A DNA stretch of 64,000 bases, from the NCBI GenBank assembly GCA_963664225.1, contig OY760937.1, positions 2,112,001-2,176,000 of the forward strand. Direction: 5' to 3'. This stretch comes from Verrucomicrobiia bacterium. GTDB lineage: Bacteria > Verrucomicrobiota > Verrucomicrobiia > Limisphaerales > UBA1319. The notes beneath the pieces were generated by a model. It was not told where the DNA came from. It searched no databases and saw nothing but the letters and a program-made list of their open reading frames with translations. The translations under genes and the position numbers were made by a program. This document shows, in pieces, positions 9,901-17,969 of the stretch (its first letter is position 1; each line of letters begins with the position of its first letter).

Positions 9901-10961
9901 ACAACGCCCTCTGGGAGGGTGACGTTCGTCAGCATGGTGCAATAAGTGAACGCCGAATTGCCAATGTTTGTGACACCGTTTGGAATCACATAATCTCCGG
10001 CTTTGCCCGCGGGATATGCCAATAGAATCATATGATTTTTGTCGAATAACACGCCGTCAATGCTGGCATAGGTCGCATTCATTGGATCAACAGTGATAGC
10101 CGTCAAGTTGGAGCAGCGCTCGAACGAAGCTGAAACAATTTTGGTGACCTTATCTGAGATTGTAACATTTGTTAATCCAGTGCATCCATAAAAAGCCATA
10201 CTTCCAATGCTGACCACACTGTTTGGAATTACGATGTTCGTCAGGCCAATACATCCGTAAAAAGCGTGACCGTCGATGCTGGTGACGCTGTCCGGCAGGG
10301 TGATGTTCGCAAGGTTGCTGCACATAACGAACATGGAATCTCCAATATTGGTAACACTGTTCGGGAGAATGGCGTTTGTCAGCGCATAACAATAGGCGAA
10401 CATGCTTGATCCAAGACTCGTGACGCTGTTGGGGATTGCGACCTCCGTCAAACGTCCACAACCGTAAAACACATCCGCTCCAATGTTGGTAACACTGTTG
10501 GGGATCAGTACATTGGTCAGGCCGCCACAGCCCCCGAACACGTCTATATCAAGAAAGGTCACGCTGTTGGGAATCGTTACGCTCGTCAGGCCGCTACAGT
10601 TGCCGAATGCATATCTGTCAAGGAAGGTCACGCCAGTCGGAATTGTTACGCCCGTTATGTTCGTGCCATTATAAAACGCCATATTCCCAATGACGGTCAC
10701 TGGTTTGTCTCCAATCGTATCTGGAATAGTCACATTCCCGCCGGGGCCCGTGTATCCCGTGATGGTGGCCGACAGATCGTTGGTCGTATAAGTAAAGTCA
10801 CCAAAGGTTTCCGCTCTCCCGACGGTCAACAACACTGACAATACAAGGAAGATGGGGATGAGTCTCCATCGAGTGATTGAGGGGCGTTGAATTATCTGAA
10901 TGAAGCCAGCCCGTAAATGAGCCTCCTGAACCAACATGGAAATAGTGTTCATAATCGTCAA
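6927..10961 (-). CDS. BspA-type leucine-rich repeat (LRR_5) surface protein with three LRR modules
   Basis: Many LTxIxIPxxVTxIGxxAFxxC repeats; N-terminal signal region; C-terminal DADGDGLNNLQE..GTDP and FYR tail; lower GC than flanks. Confidence 0.93.
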   Translation of the reverse strand: MTIMNTISMLVQEAHLRAGFIQIIQRPSITRWRLIPIFLVLSVLLTVGRAETFGDFTYTTNDLSATITGYTGPGGNVTIPDTIGDKPVTVIGNMAFYNGTNITGVTIPTGVTFLDRYAFGNCSGLTSVTIPNSVTFLDIDVFGGCGGLTNVLIPNSVTNIGADVFYGCGRLTEVAIPNSVTSLGSSMFAYCYALTNAILPNSVTNIGDSMFVMCSNLANITLPDSVTSIDGHAFYGCIGLTNIVIPNSVVSIGSMAFYGCTGLTNVTISDKVTKIVSASFERCSNLTAITVDPMNATYASIDGVLFDKNHMILLAYPAGKAGDYVIPNGVTNIGNSAFTYCTMLTNVTLPEGVVIIGGSAFYGSTNLANVNIPNGVTQIQDRAFSGCTSLTNIAIPESVISIGGYYGVDAFARCSSLTAIEVALGNTNYSSIDGVLFNKNQSTLLQFPGGKTGTCVIPQTLTLVRESAFAGCARLTEYSVPTNSIFSTVDGVLFNKSQTTLIACPAGKTGSYSIENKVNKLSGYAFSDCAGLTNISIPQTITTISSNAFLNCTGLTSIIIPNRANFILESAFSGCAGLTSITIPASVFKIESYVFGNCSNLTGVYFEGNAPSLFSAFAPFLYDNLATVYYRVGTTGWGKTFGGRPTALWDKADAPDFSYQQIGSTYTIIGYMGSGGNITIPNSINGMPVTSIADYAFSGNASLTSVTIPNTVASIGNYAFSRCTALTNITIPDGVTNIGYDAFNGCTALTDVRIPSGVMNIGAEAFYGCAGLTNITIPEGVASIGDATFRNCISLTSVTLPNTVSNIGSAAFAYCISMTNIALPESATSIGSQCFSNCVALLNIKIPNGVTSIESKTFYQCNNLINVTIPDGLTHIGSYAFFGCGRLVNITIPGSVTNIESNAFSGSMRSIVFEANAPSYVASDAFGAGSVKIYYYTGTTGWGRFLAGKLTYLIGFNFSSIGSTVTITQYTGSNSSVVIPDIIQDIKVGVIGANAFKGCATLADIKISDNVYNIGSSAFSGCTNLTNVVFGTGVTNISDSAFDGCTSLTNVSIPDNVLRIGQSAFANCPSLTEVTIPKYLNSFGSFAFYRCTGLKSATIPTGVTNISYNAFSSCSNLTNVNIGHSVATIESFAFANCTSLTNITIPTNVTRILGDGLSGCSGLRVVYFEGNAPTSDTYNLFRGATNVTVYYRAGATGWRATFAQRPTALWEPSYIDWARSVGLLEHYPSASAELDDADGDGLNNLQELQAGTDPTSPDSVLKFESTPRPDDLSTADRIPPGIGQEALYIRTVPGKEYKIECTDTVEGPWQTLIGQPSFTATTTQKRILIYKMFGKLFYRVVLVP

Positions 10962-11120
10962 GTAATGTCAGAACCCAAATAGAAGGCAAGCGACAACTCA
11001 TCACCGGGAACACGACAAAATTCAGGAAGATGGCAAAAGCCAAAACTGGGCGAATACGTGGAAGAAGCCTGGTGTGGGCCCCGGGCATATCAAGATGGTG
11101 CGCCTCTGACAGATAGTCTT

Positions 11121-11198
11121 GGTAGGGCGAGGCTCCCGCCGAGCCATCCTATTTTGTCGGCTTGTCGAAGGAAGGCTCGGCGGGAGCCTCGCCCTACC
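11121..11198. repeat. GTAG-type REP doublet (inverted pair)
   Basis: GGTAGGGCGAGGCTCCCGCCGAGCC at 11121-11145 and its exact reverse complement at 11174-11198. Confidence 0.8.
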
Positions 11199-11238
11199 GG
11201 GTTCATGCGCCCGTCATCGCCGAACGCCTGATAATGTC

Positions 11239-11952
11239 CTACCGTTTGCGATAAACAACGGTATGCGCACGAAGGGCCAGCAGCCGGGCCAATGGCGTCT
11301 GCCGGGCGCCACTCAGCGACTGGTCGATGATTTCAGATTTTCCCGGGCCGCAGGCCAGCACCCACACCTGTCTCGCCGCGACAAGAACCGGCAGCGTGAG
11401 TGTAATGCGTTGGGGCGGCGGTTTCGGTCCCGTGACGTCGGCATAGACTTCGGAACCTTCCAGCACAGACGATGGTGCGTCCGGGAACACGGAAGCGATG
11501 TGGCCATCCTCGCCCACGCCCAGAAAAACCAGATCCAGAATGGGCGTTACATGGTGGTGAGTGTGCGCTGTTCGGAGCAGATCCTGACCCGCTTCGCGCG
11601 CGGCCTCGGCGGGCGGAATCTCGCCTTTGATACGGTGAATGCGCTTGTCCGGTATGCCCAGTGGCCCCAGCAATAATTCATGAGCCAGTCGGTAATTGCT
11701 TTCGCCATCCTGCGGGGATACGCAGCGTTCATCCGCCCAGAAAAAATGCACACCGGCGAGCATTCCGGGCTTGGATGCGGACCGCGCCAGCGTCGCGATT
11801 TCTTTGAAGAGGAGGCGTGCGCCACGACCGCCGGAGAACGCCGTGCATCGAACCGGTGAGGGAGCGGTGCGCAAGCTCGCCAGCCAGCGGCGGGCCGCCG
11901 CCTGGGCAATCGTTTCGTCCGAGTCGAAAACGCAGATTTCAATTGGGTTCAT
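11239..11952 (-). CDS. pgl: 6-phosphogluconolactonase
   Basis: FSGG, HFFWADERCV, SNY, LGVGEDGHIASVFP, KPPPQRITLT. Confidence 0.93.
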   Translation of the reverse strand: MNPIEICVFDSDETIAQAAARRWLASLRTAPSPVRCTAFSGGRGARLLFKEIATLARSASKPGMLAGVHFFWADERCVSPQDGESNYRLAHELLLGPLGIPDKRIHRIKGEIPPAEAAREAGQDLLRTAHTHHHVTPILDLVFLGVGEDGHIASVFPDAPSSVLEGSEVYADVTGPKPPPQRITLTLPVLVAARQVWVLACGPGKSEIIDQSLSGARQTPLARLLALRAHTVVYRKR

Positions 11953-12188
11953 GAGTCCAGTTCACCAGGCTGTTTGCTGATAATGGGATCGCGAACACCA
12001 TGAAACAATTTGTCCCGCGAACCTTGCTTCACCAATACCACGTTAATGATATCGCGCAACTTTGACGCCTGTGCCGAATCTTCCCAAATCACGACTCCGT
12101 TGCCCCCTCTTTTCCATTTGCGTATGCGCCATGGAGGCACGTTTTCTGAAGCAAGGTCGGGAGAGAAAAACCAACGTATGGGACGCAC
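11949..12188 (-). CDS. Small hypothetical protein
   Basis: Fills the gap between permease and pgl with an ATGA overlap; no recognised motif. Confidence 0.3.
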   Translation of the reverse strand: MRPIRWFFSPDLASENVPPWRIRKWKRGGNGVVIWEDSAQASKLRDIINVVLVKQGSRDKLFHGVRDPIISKQPGELDS

Positions 12189-12202
12189 CCCTCCTATTCA
12201 AA

Positions 12203-13420
12203 CTATTCAAACCGCAGCGCGTCGATGGGATCGAGCTGCGCCGCTTTTCGCGCCGGATAAAATCCGAAGAAGACACCGATCACCGCCGAAAACACGAAGG
12301 CCACCACAATGGATTGGACGGACACCAGCGTGTTCCAGCCAAAATTAATCGACACCAGTTTTGCGCCGCCCACACCCAGCATGATGCCAATGAGCCCGCC
12401 GGCAATGCTCAACGTGACCGCCTCGATCAGAAACTGCAGCAGAATGTCCCGCCCGCGCGCTCCCACCGCCATGCGAACGCCGATCTCCCGCGTGCGCTCG
12501 GTCACGCTCACCAGCATGATGTTCATGATGCCAATCCCGCCCACCAGCAGAGAAACGCTCGCAATGGCCCCCAGCAGCACCGTCATGACCCGCGAAGTCG
12601 AGGTTGCCATCTCCGAAATCTCCTCCTGTGTCCGCACCATGAAATCGTCATCGCGACCCTCCGCGATGCGATGGCGCTGGCGCAGCAACTCCGTGATGCG
12701 GGCCTGTGTGGGCGCGAGTTCCTTCGGACTGGACGCCTGAACATTGAAGGAGCGGAACGTGGTGGCGCCGGTCAGTCGCACCATGGCGCTGGTGTAAGGC
12801 ACCAACACAATGTCGTCCTGATCGCTGCCCATCATCGACATGCCCTTCGAGGAAAGCACGCCCACCACGATGAACGGGGCGTTCTTGACGCGAATGATCT
12901 GACCCACGGGATCCAGATCGCCAAAAAGCGATGTGGCCGTGGTCTTGCCAATGATCGCCACCTTGCTGGCGCTGCGGATGTCGGCCTCGGTGAAATTCAC
13001 GCCACTCGCCAAAGGCCAGGACCGGATGTCGATGTAGTCCTCGCCCACGCCCGAAACCTGGATGTTATTATTTTGGTTGCCCACGGCCACCTGCGCGTTC
13101 GCGCGGACTTCCGGGCTCACGCCAACGATTCCCGCCACCTCGCTGCGAAGCGCCGCGTAATCCCCTTTCGTCAATGAAGGGGAACTGCCAAAACCCATGC
13201 CAAATCCGCCGCGGGTGACATTGCCGGACATGATTAAAATAACATTCTGGCCCAGGCTCGCGATTTGGGCCTCCACCTGGGCCTTGGCGCCGTTGCCGAT
13301 GCTGACCATCGCGATGACCGCGCCCACGCCGATGATGATGCCGAGCATGGTCAGGATTGTGCGCATCAGGTTGCGGCGCAACGCTCGGACCGCGAGTTTG
13401 AATGTAGCGAGAGGGATCAT
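12203..13420 (-). CDS. MacB-type ABC transporter permease
   Basis: RTILTMLGIIIGVGAVIAM; SLLVGGIGIMNIMLVSVTERTREIGVRMAVGA; PARKAAQLDPIDALR. Confidence 0.95.
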   Translation of the reverse strand: MIPLATFKLAVRALRRNLMRTILTMLGIIIGVGAVIAMVSIGNGAKAQVEAQIASLGQNVILIMSGNVTRGGFGMGFGSSPSLTKGDYAALRSEVAGIVGVSPEVRANAQVAVGNQNNNIQVSGVGEDYIDIRSWPLASGVNFTEADIRSASKVAIIGKTTATSLFGDLDPVGQIIRVKNAPFIVVGVLSSKGMSMMGSDQDDIVLVPYTSAMVRLTGATTFRSFNVQASSPKELAPTQARITELLRQRHRIAEGRDDDFMVRTQEEISEMATSTSRVMTVLLGAIASVSLLVGGIGIMNIMLVSVTERTREIGVRMAVGARGRDILLQFLIEAVTLSIAGGLIGIMLGVGGAKLVSINFGWNTLVSVQSIVVAFVFSAVIGVFFGFYPARKAAQLDPIDALRFE

Positions 13421-13621
13421 GACAGTTGAATGGCCTGTTGCTCCTGGCGAAGTCTGGCGATGCTGACCATCGCGATGACCGCGCCCACGCCGATGATGAT
13501 GCCGAGCATGGTGAGGATTGTACGCATCAGGTTGCGGCGCAACGCGCGGACGGCGAGTTTAAATGTGGCGAGAGGGATCATGACAGTTGAATGGCCTGTT
13601 GCTCCTGGCGAAGTTTGGCGA
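13298..13621. repeat. 161-bp tandem duplication across the ATPase/permease junction
   Basis: GACAGTTGAATGGCC at 13421 and 13582; copies differ by a few substitutions. Confidence 0.95.
13417..13581 (-). CDS. 54-aa chimeric mini-ORF (permease N-terminus fused to ATPase C-terminus)
   Basis: [58 protein letters not shown] overlaps at both ends. Confidence 0.55.
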   Translation of the reverse strand: MIPLATFKLAVRALRRNLMRTILTMLGIIIGVGAVIAMVSIARLRQEQQAIQLS

Positions 13622-14354
13622 GTTCGACGGCAGCGGTCAACCGGTTGACCACGGGTTGATTGCTGACGATCCGGCCGTCGCGCATGACGACGGTGCGCTT
13701 GCTGTAGCCGGCGATGTCCAGTTCATGGGTGACCATGACGACGGTGATGCCTTCGTCATTTAGTTTTTGAAAGATGCCCATGATCTCGATGCTGGTGTGG
13801 GTGTCGAGGTTTCCGGTGGGCTCATCGGCCAGCACCAGCTTGGGCTGGTTGACCAAAGCCCGGGCGATGGCGACGCGTTGCTGCTGGCCGCCCGAGAGCT
13901 GGTTTGGATGGTGATCGCCGCGTTCGGCCAGGCCCACGAGGGCCAGGGCGTCGTTGGCGCGTTGGGCCTGCTCGCGGCTGGTCAGCCGATGGCGGGCGTA
14001 AAACATGGGCAGCTCGATGTTCTCGAGGGCCGAGGTCCGGGAGAGCAGGTTGAAGCCTTGGAAGACGAAGCCGATCTTTTGATTGCGCAGGTCCGCCAGT
14101 TCGTCGCGGTTCAGGGACCCCACGTCCACGCCATCGAGCAGATAGGTTCCGCTGGTGGGGCGATCGAGGCAGCCGATGGTGTTCATGAGGGTGGATTTGC
14201 CCGAGCCGCTCGCGCCCATGATGGCGACGAACTCCCCGGGCATGATCTCGAGCGACACGCCGCGCACGGCCGGGACCTCAACTTCGCCCGTCATATAGTT
14301 CTTGACGAAGTTCTCCAGCTTCACCACGGGCTTTGGAGCATCCATGTTATCCAT
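13578..14354 (-). CDS. MacB/LolD-type ABC transporter ATP-binding protein
   Basis: Walker [10 protein letters not shown], signature [26 protein letters not shown]. Confidence 0.95.
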   Translation of the reverse strand: MDNMDAPKPVVKLENFVKNYMTGEVEVPAVRGVSLEIMPGEFVAIMGASGSGKSTLMNTIGCLDRPTSGTYLLDGVDVGSLNRDELADLRNQKIGFVFQGFNLLSRTSALENIELPMFYARHRLTSREQAQRANDALALVGLAERGDHHPNQLSGGQQQRVAIARALVNQPKLVLADEPTGNLDTHTSIEIMGIFQKLNDEGITVVMVTHELDIAGYSKRTVVMRDGRIVSNQPVVNRLTAAVELAKLRQEQQAIQLS

Positions 14355-14383
14355 AGGCGGCTTGTATCTTGTGTCCGTTTTGT

Positions 14384-15934
14384 TTACCGGGGACGGCCGC
14401 CGCCAAAGGGCCCGCCGAAGGGGCTGGATGCGGCTCCGGCCCGGGTGGCCGTGGCGGACCCGACCTGGTTGGTGCCGGTGATGACCATCGCGCCTTCAGC
14501 CAATCCGCTGATCACTTCGGTGAACGCGCCATCGGTGATGCCCAACTTGACGGAAACGGGCTTGGGCGTGGGGACGCCATTCTCGTTTTCCATGATATAG
14601 ACGGTGCGCGGGGCCGATTCATCCATACGACCGGCCCTGAACCCGCCCATTCCACCGCCCATTCCACCGCCCATTCCACCGCCCATTCCACCGCCCATGC
14701 CCCCGCCCATTCCACCGCCCATTCCACCGCCGGGACCGCCACCGCCGCGTGTGCCGCGGGCCTTCTGGACCTGTTCGCGTTGGGCGGGTGTAAGGCTTTG
14801 CATCCAGGCCTGGACTTCTTCGCGCCCGTTGGGGGATCGACCCTCGGCCACCCACGGAGGCGTGGGGGCGCCGTCCGGCACTGCTGCGGCCATGGCCGTG
14901 CCGCTGCCGGTCGTGTTTGTGGCACCGCGATTCATGCCGGCGCTTCCGACGGTATTGGTCGTTTTGGTCGCACTATTGGGTGTTTTGGTTGTGCGAACGG
15001 CTTCGGGTGGGCGAAACCGCAGGGCGGCGTTGGGCAGTTTGACCACATCGGTCTTCTGCGCGGTGAGAATCGTGGCGTTGGCGGTCATGCCGGGACGCAG
15101 TTTGAGGTCCTTGTTATCCACATCGACGACGGTGGTGTAAGTGACCACGTTCTGGTTGGTGGTGGGGTTGAAACGCACCTGGCGGACCTTGCCTTCAAAC
15201 TGGCGGTTGGGGAAGGCGTCCACGGTGAAATTGACCTGCTGGCCCTCGACCACGCCTCCCACGTCGGCTTCGGAGACCATGGCGTCGATTTCCATTTTGG
15301 AGAGGTCGTTGGCGATTTGGAAGAGGGTGGGTGTGCTGAAGCTGGCGGCGACGGTCTGGCCGACATCGACGGCGCGGGAAATGACGACGCCGCTGATGGG
15401 GGCGTAAATGGTGGCGTGGGAGAGGTCCACACGGGATTTATCGACGGTGGCTTCGCGCATTTGAACGGAAGCCTGGGCCTGATGCAAAGTGGCCAGGGCC
15501 TGATCGGCGTCCGCCTGGGGGATGAGGTCGCCTTTGCGCAGGAGCATGGCGCGATTGTAATTCACCTGGGCGAGTTCCATGCTGGCCTTGGCATTGGCCA
15601 GATCGGCCTCGGACTGCTGGAGATTGGATTTGAGGGTGGCGGGATCGATCTGGGCGATGATATCCCCTTCCTTGACCTTGGAGTTAAAATCCACGCGGAG
15701 TTCATTGATGATGCCCGAAACCTGGCTGCCCACCTGGACGTTTTTGACGGGGGTAAGCTGCCCCGTGGCCGTAACGCTCTGGGCGATATCCCCCCGGGCG
15801 ACTTCGACGGTTCTATACTCGACGGGTGTGTGGCCGTTCTTTTGCATATACCAATAGGCGCCACCGCCCGCCGCGCATAGCAGCAGAAGAATCACGATCC
15901 ACTTCACGGGACTGGATTTACTTTTTCCTGACAT
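14384..15934 (-). CDS. MacA-type periplasmic adaptor (membrane fusion protein)
   Basis: VQVGSQVSG, IYAPISGVV, GQTVAASF, LRPGMTA; glycine-rich (GGGM)n insert. Confidence 0.93.
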   Translation of the reverse strand: MSGKSKSSPVKWIVILLLLCAAGGGAYWYMQKNGHTPVEYRTVEVARGDIAQSVTATGQLTPVKNVQVGSQVSGIINELRVDFNSKVKEGDIIAQIDPATLKSNLQQSEADLANAKASMELAQVNYNRAMLLRKGDLIPQADADQALATLHQAQASVQMREATVDKSRVDLSHATIYAPISGVVISRAVDVGQTVAASFSTPTLFQIANDLSKMEIDAMVSEADVGGVVEGQQVNFTVDAFPNRQFEGKVRQVRFNPTTNQNVVTYTTVVDVDNKDLKLRPGMTANATILTAQKTDVVKLPNAALRFRPPEAVRTTKTPNSATKTTNTVGSAGMNRGATNTTGSGTAMAAAVPDGAPTPPWVAEGRSPNGREEVQAWMQSLTPAQREQVQKARGTRGGGGPGGGMGGGMGGGMGGGMGGGMGGGMGGGMGGFRAGRMDESAPRTVYIMENENGVPTPKPVSVKLGITDGAFTEVISGLAEGAMVITGTNQVGSATATRAGAASSPFGGPFGGGRPR

Positions 15935-15937
15935 AAA

Positions 15938-16405
15938 TTAATTGTGCTGGGGTTCTGGTTTATGGTCCGGCCTGTCTGCGTCACCTTGGGGCGGCGGGCC
16001 TTGCGGTCGTGGCCCCGGCGGACCTTTACGATCCTTGGGGGGACCCATGCGTTCCCGTTTCATTTCTTCAAATTTGGTTTTCTGCTCCGGTGTCAATAAG
16101 AGGATGATTGTTGCATCCATGTTGCTCATCACCCTGCCGCCATCATCCATCGCCTTTTGATGCAGCACATGAAGCTGGTTGCAGGCCTCTTCCACCAGGG
16201 GCTTGATTTGGGTGTCCTGGTCCGCGCTCAAGCGCAAGTCCGAATCGAACCGGTTCATGATGTGCTCGCTCATGTTCCGGGGCGGAGGCAGCCGGAAGAA
16301 CTGGTGCCGGGCCAGATGGTAGCCGGCAAATCCGCCGGACAACCCGCCCGCGAGAAAGATCCCCGCCATGTAAACCGCAATCTTGGGTTTGGTGAATGGA
16401 TTCAT
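15938..16405 (-). CDS. Spy/CpxP-like membrane-anchored periplasmic protein
   Basis: N-terminal TM, LRLSADQ and LTPEQ motifs; position in ECF operon. Confidence 0.65.
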   Translation of the reverse strand: MNPFTKPKIAVYMAGIFLAGGLSGGFAGYHLARHQFFRLPPPRNMSEHIMNRFDSDLRLSADQDTQIKPLVEEACNQLHVLHQKAMDDGGRVMSNMDATIILLLTPEQKTKFEEMKRERMGPPKDRKGPPGPRPQGPPPQGDADRPDHKPEPQHN

Positions 16406-16695
16406 TGCAACATCGTAAGATTGATGGCCGGATTAAGGACATCCAGCCCGTAGAAATCTTTTTGCGTCTCCTGCTGGTAATGCAGCACGGTCATCGTCAA
16501 CATGATGGCGCAGGCGAACCCCAGGCCAATTCTCAGGAGTCGGGCCACGGGCAGGAAATCCTGATCCGGCGATGCCATCCGCCACCCGGCCAATACGCGT
16601 GTGGGCAGGAAATCAGGCATGGCGCCCGGCGCGGGCTGCGGGGCGCGGGCGGCGGATTTCAACAACCGATCCAATGACTCATTATTGGTTTTCAT
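16402..16695 (-). CDS. Putative anti-sigma membrane protein
   Basis: Small single-TM protein overlapping the ECF sigma stop codon. Confidence 0.6.
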   Translation of the reverse strand: MKTNNESLDRLLKSAARAPQPAPGAMPDFLPTRVLAGWRMASPDQDFLPVARLLRIGLGFACAIMLTMTVLHYQQETQKDFYGLDVLNPAINLTMLQ

Positions 16696-17306
16696 GGTTT
16701 TGATTCCCTCATCAGGTGATCCAGATCCTTCTTTAACTGATGCCGGGCGCGAAACGAGCGGATTTTGATCAGGGCGATATTCCAGCCCGTGATCTCGCGC
16801 ACTTCATCCAGCGTGCGGCCCTCCAGATAGAGGAGGGTCATGAGCAGCCGGTCCTTGGGTTTCAAACGGGCCAGCAATTTCCCGACCAGTTCGCGGGAAC
16901 CGACATCGGCCGAGGGGGCGAGGTCCTCCGCGCTGGCGGACAGGTGCTCGACGACGAGCGTTTCGTCCTCGCTGAGGTCCGCATAGCGCAATTCGGGGCG
17001 CACCCGCTCGTTCTCCAACTGGTTGAGGCAGGTGTTCACGGCGATGCGCGCCACCCAGTGCTCAAAGGGGGCCTGCGCCTGATATTGATCCAATTTCGCG
17101 AACACTTTCATAAAGACCGTTTGCACCAAGTCCTCCTCGCTTGTGCGCCGGGGAAGGTGCGAACGGACTATCTTTAAAACAAGAGGATGCAGGTGCTGCA
17201 AGAGTGCTCTTGCGGCATCTTCGTCGCGCTGGCGCACCCGCACCAGGCAGGCTGCAAGGTCAAATCCGGCCTCTGTATCCACCATTCCTATATTACATGA
17301 CCGCAA
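16692..17306 (-). CDS. ECF RNA polymerase sigma factor (sigma-70 family)
   Basis: EEDLVQTVFMK, FEHWVARIAVNTCLN, region-4 HTH (EGRTLDEV...KIRSFRAR). Confidence 0.92.
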   Translation of the reverse strand: MRSCNIGMVDTEAGFDLAACLVRVRQRDEDAARALLQHLHPLVLKIVRSHLPRRTSEEDLVQTVFMKVFAKLDQYQAQAPFEHWVARIAVNTCLNQLENERVRPELRYADLSEDETLVVEHLSASAEDLAPSADVGSRELVGKLLARLKPKDRLLMTLLYLEGRTLDEVREITGWNIALIKIRSFRARHQLKKDLDHLMRESKP

Positions 17307-17399
17307 CGGACGATGCAGGTTACAATTTATTTGAATGCGGGCGCAAGCCGCGCGAAGGAGTCTTTCGGGGGGAAATGCGCGTTTACGGGTGGCTTTATC

Positions 17400-17700
17400 G
17401 TTATTTTAGGATGTGTTCAAGCCGCCCGGACCCGGGAGGTCGGCAAGGAGGGCAACATTCCCATCCGCGATGTCACCTTCCTCTGTTCGCAGACGAATCG
17501 TTATTTCTGCAAAGAAATCACGTATCCTGTGGTGGACCTTTTCTTTACCGCCACCGCCGATCAAGCCGGGGAAGTGGGCTCGCCCGTGGAGATGGACAGC
17601 GTCCTATGGCTCGATCCCGTCACCGTAAATCCCGAGGACCTGGCGTTTTCCTCGATGCGCGCCACTTGGGCGGTGTTTATGAGGGGGCGGGCGTGGGCGC
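17400..17700 (+). pseudogene. Probable NUDIX hydrolase C-terminal remnant
   Basis: AARTREVGKEGNI resembles a degenerate Nudix box; FLCSQTNRY...TYPVVDLFF...LAFSSMR; no credible N-terminus. Confidence 0.45.
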
Positions 17701-17933
17701 GGGAGTTATTGAGAGGGGAGAGGGGAAAGTGTAGATGGATAATGGATAATTGACGATTGACAATGTCTTTTTAGGAGGTTGGCGGAGGGCGGATTGTTTT
17801 TCCCGATGCGATTCACGCGAAGACGAAATGAATAAGCGCCATGGGCAGAGAGAAACAAAACGAACAATATTATGGGAGAGCCTTTGAACTTTTCGCGCCC
17901 AGCAAAACGCAATCACAATTGACATAACCCCAC

Positions 17934-17962
17934 TTGCCGAAATGTCATAAACTTCTTACCAT
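17934..17962 (+). promoter_or_regulatory. Putative sigma-70 promoter giving a leaderless transcript
   Basis: TTGCCG-17nt-TACCAT ending 7 nt before ATG 17970. Confidence 0.4.
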
Positions 17963-17969
17963 CCGTTCT

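Noticed and set aside
17730..17765. Short heptad-like repeats (TGGATAA/TTGAC), and similar short motifs at 34755-34860
   Set aside because: Too short and degenerate to assign a function; likely generic intergenic repeat debris.
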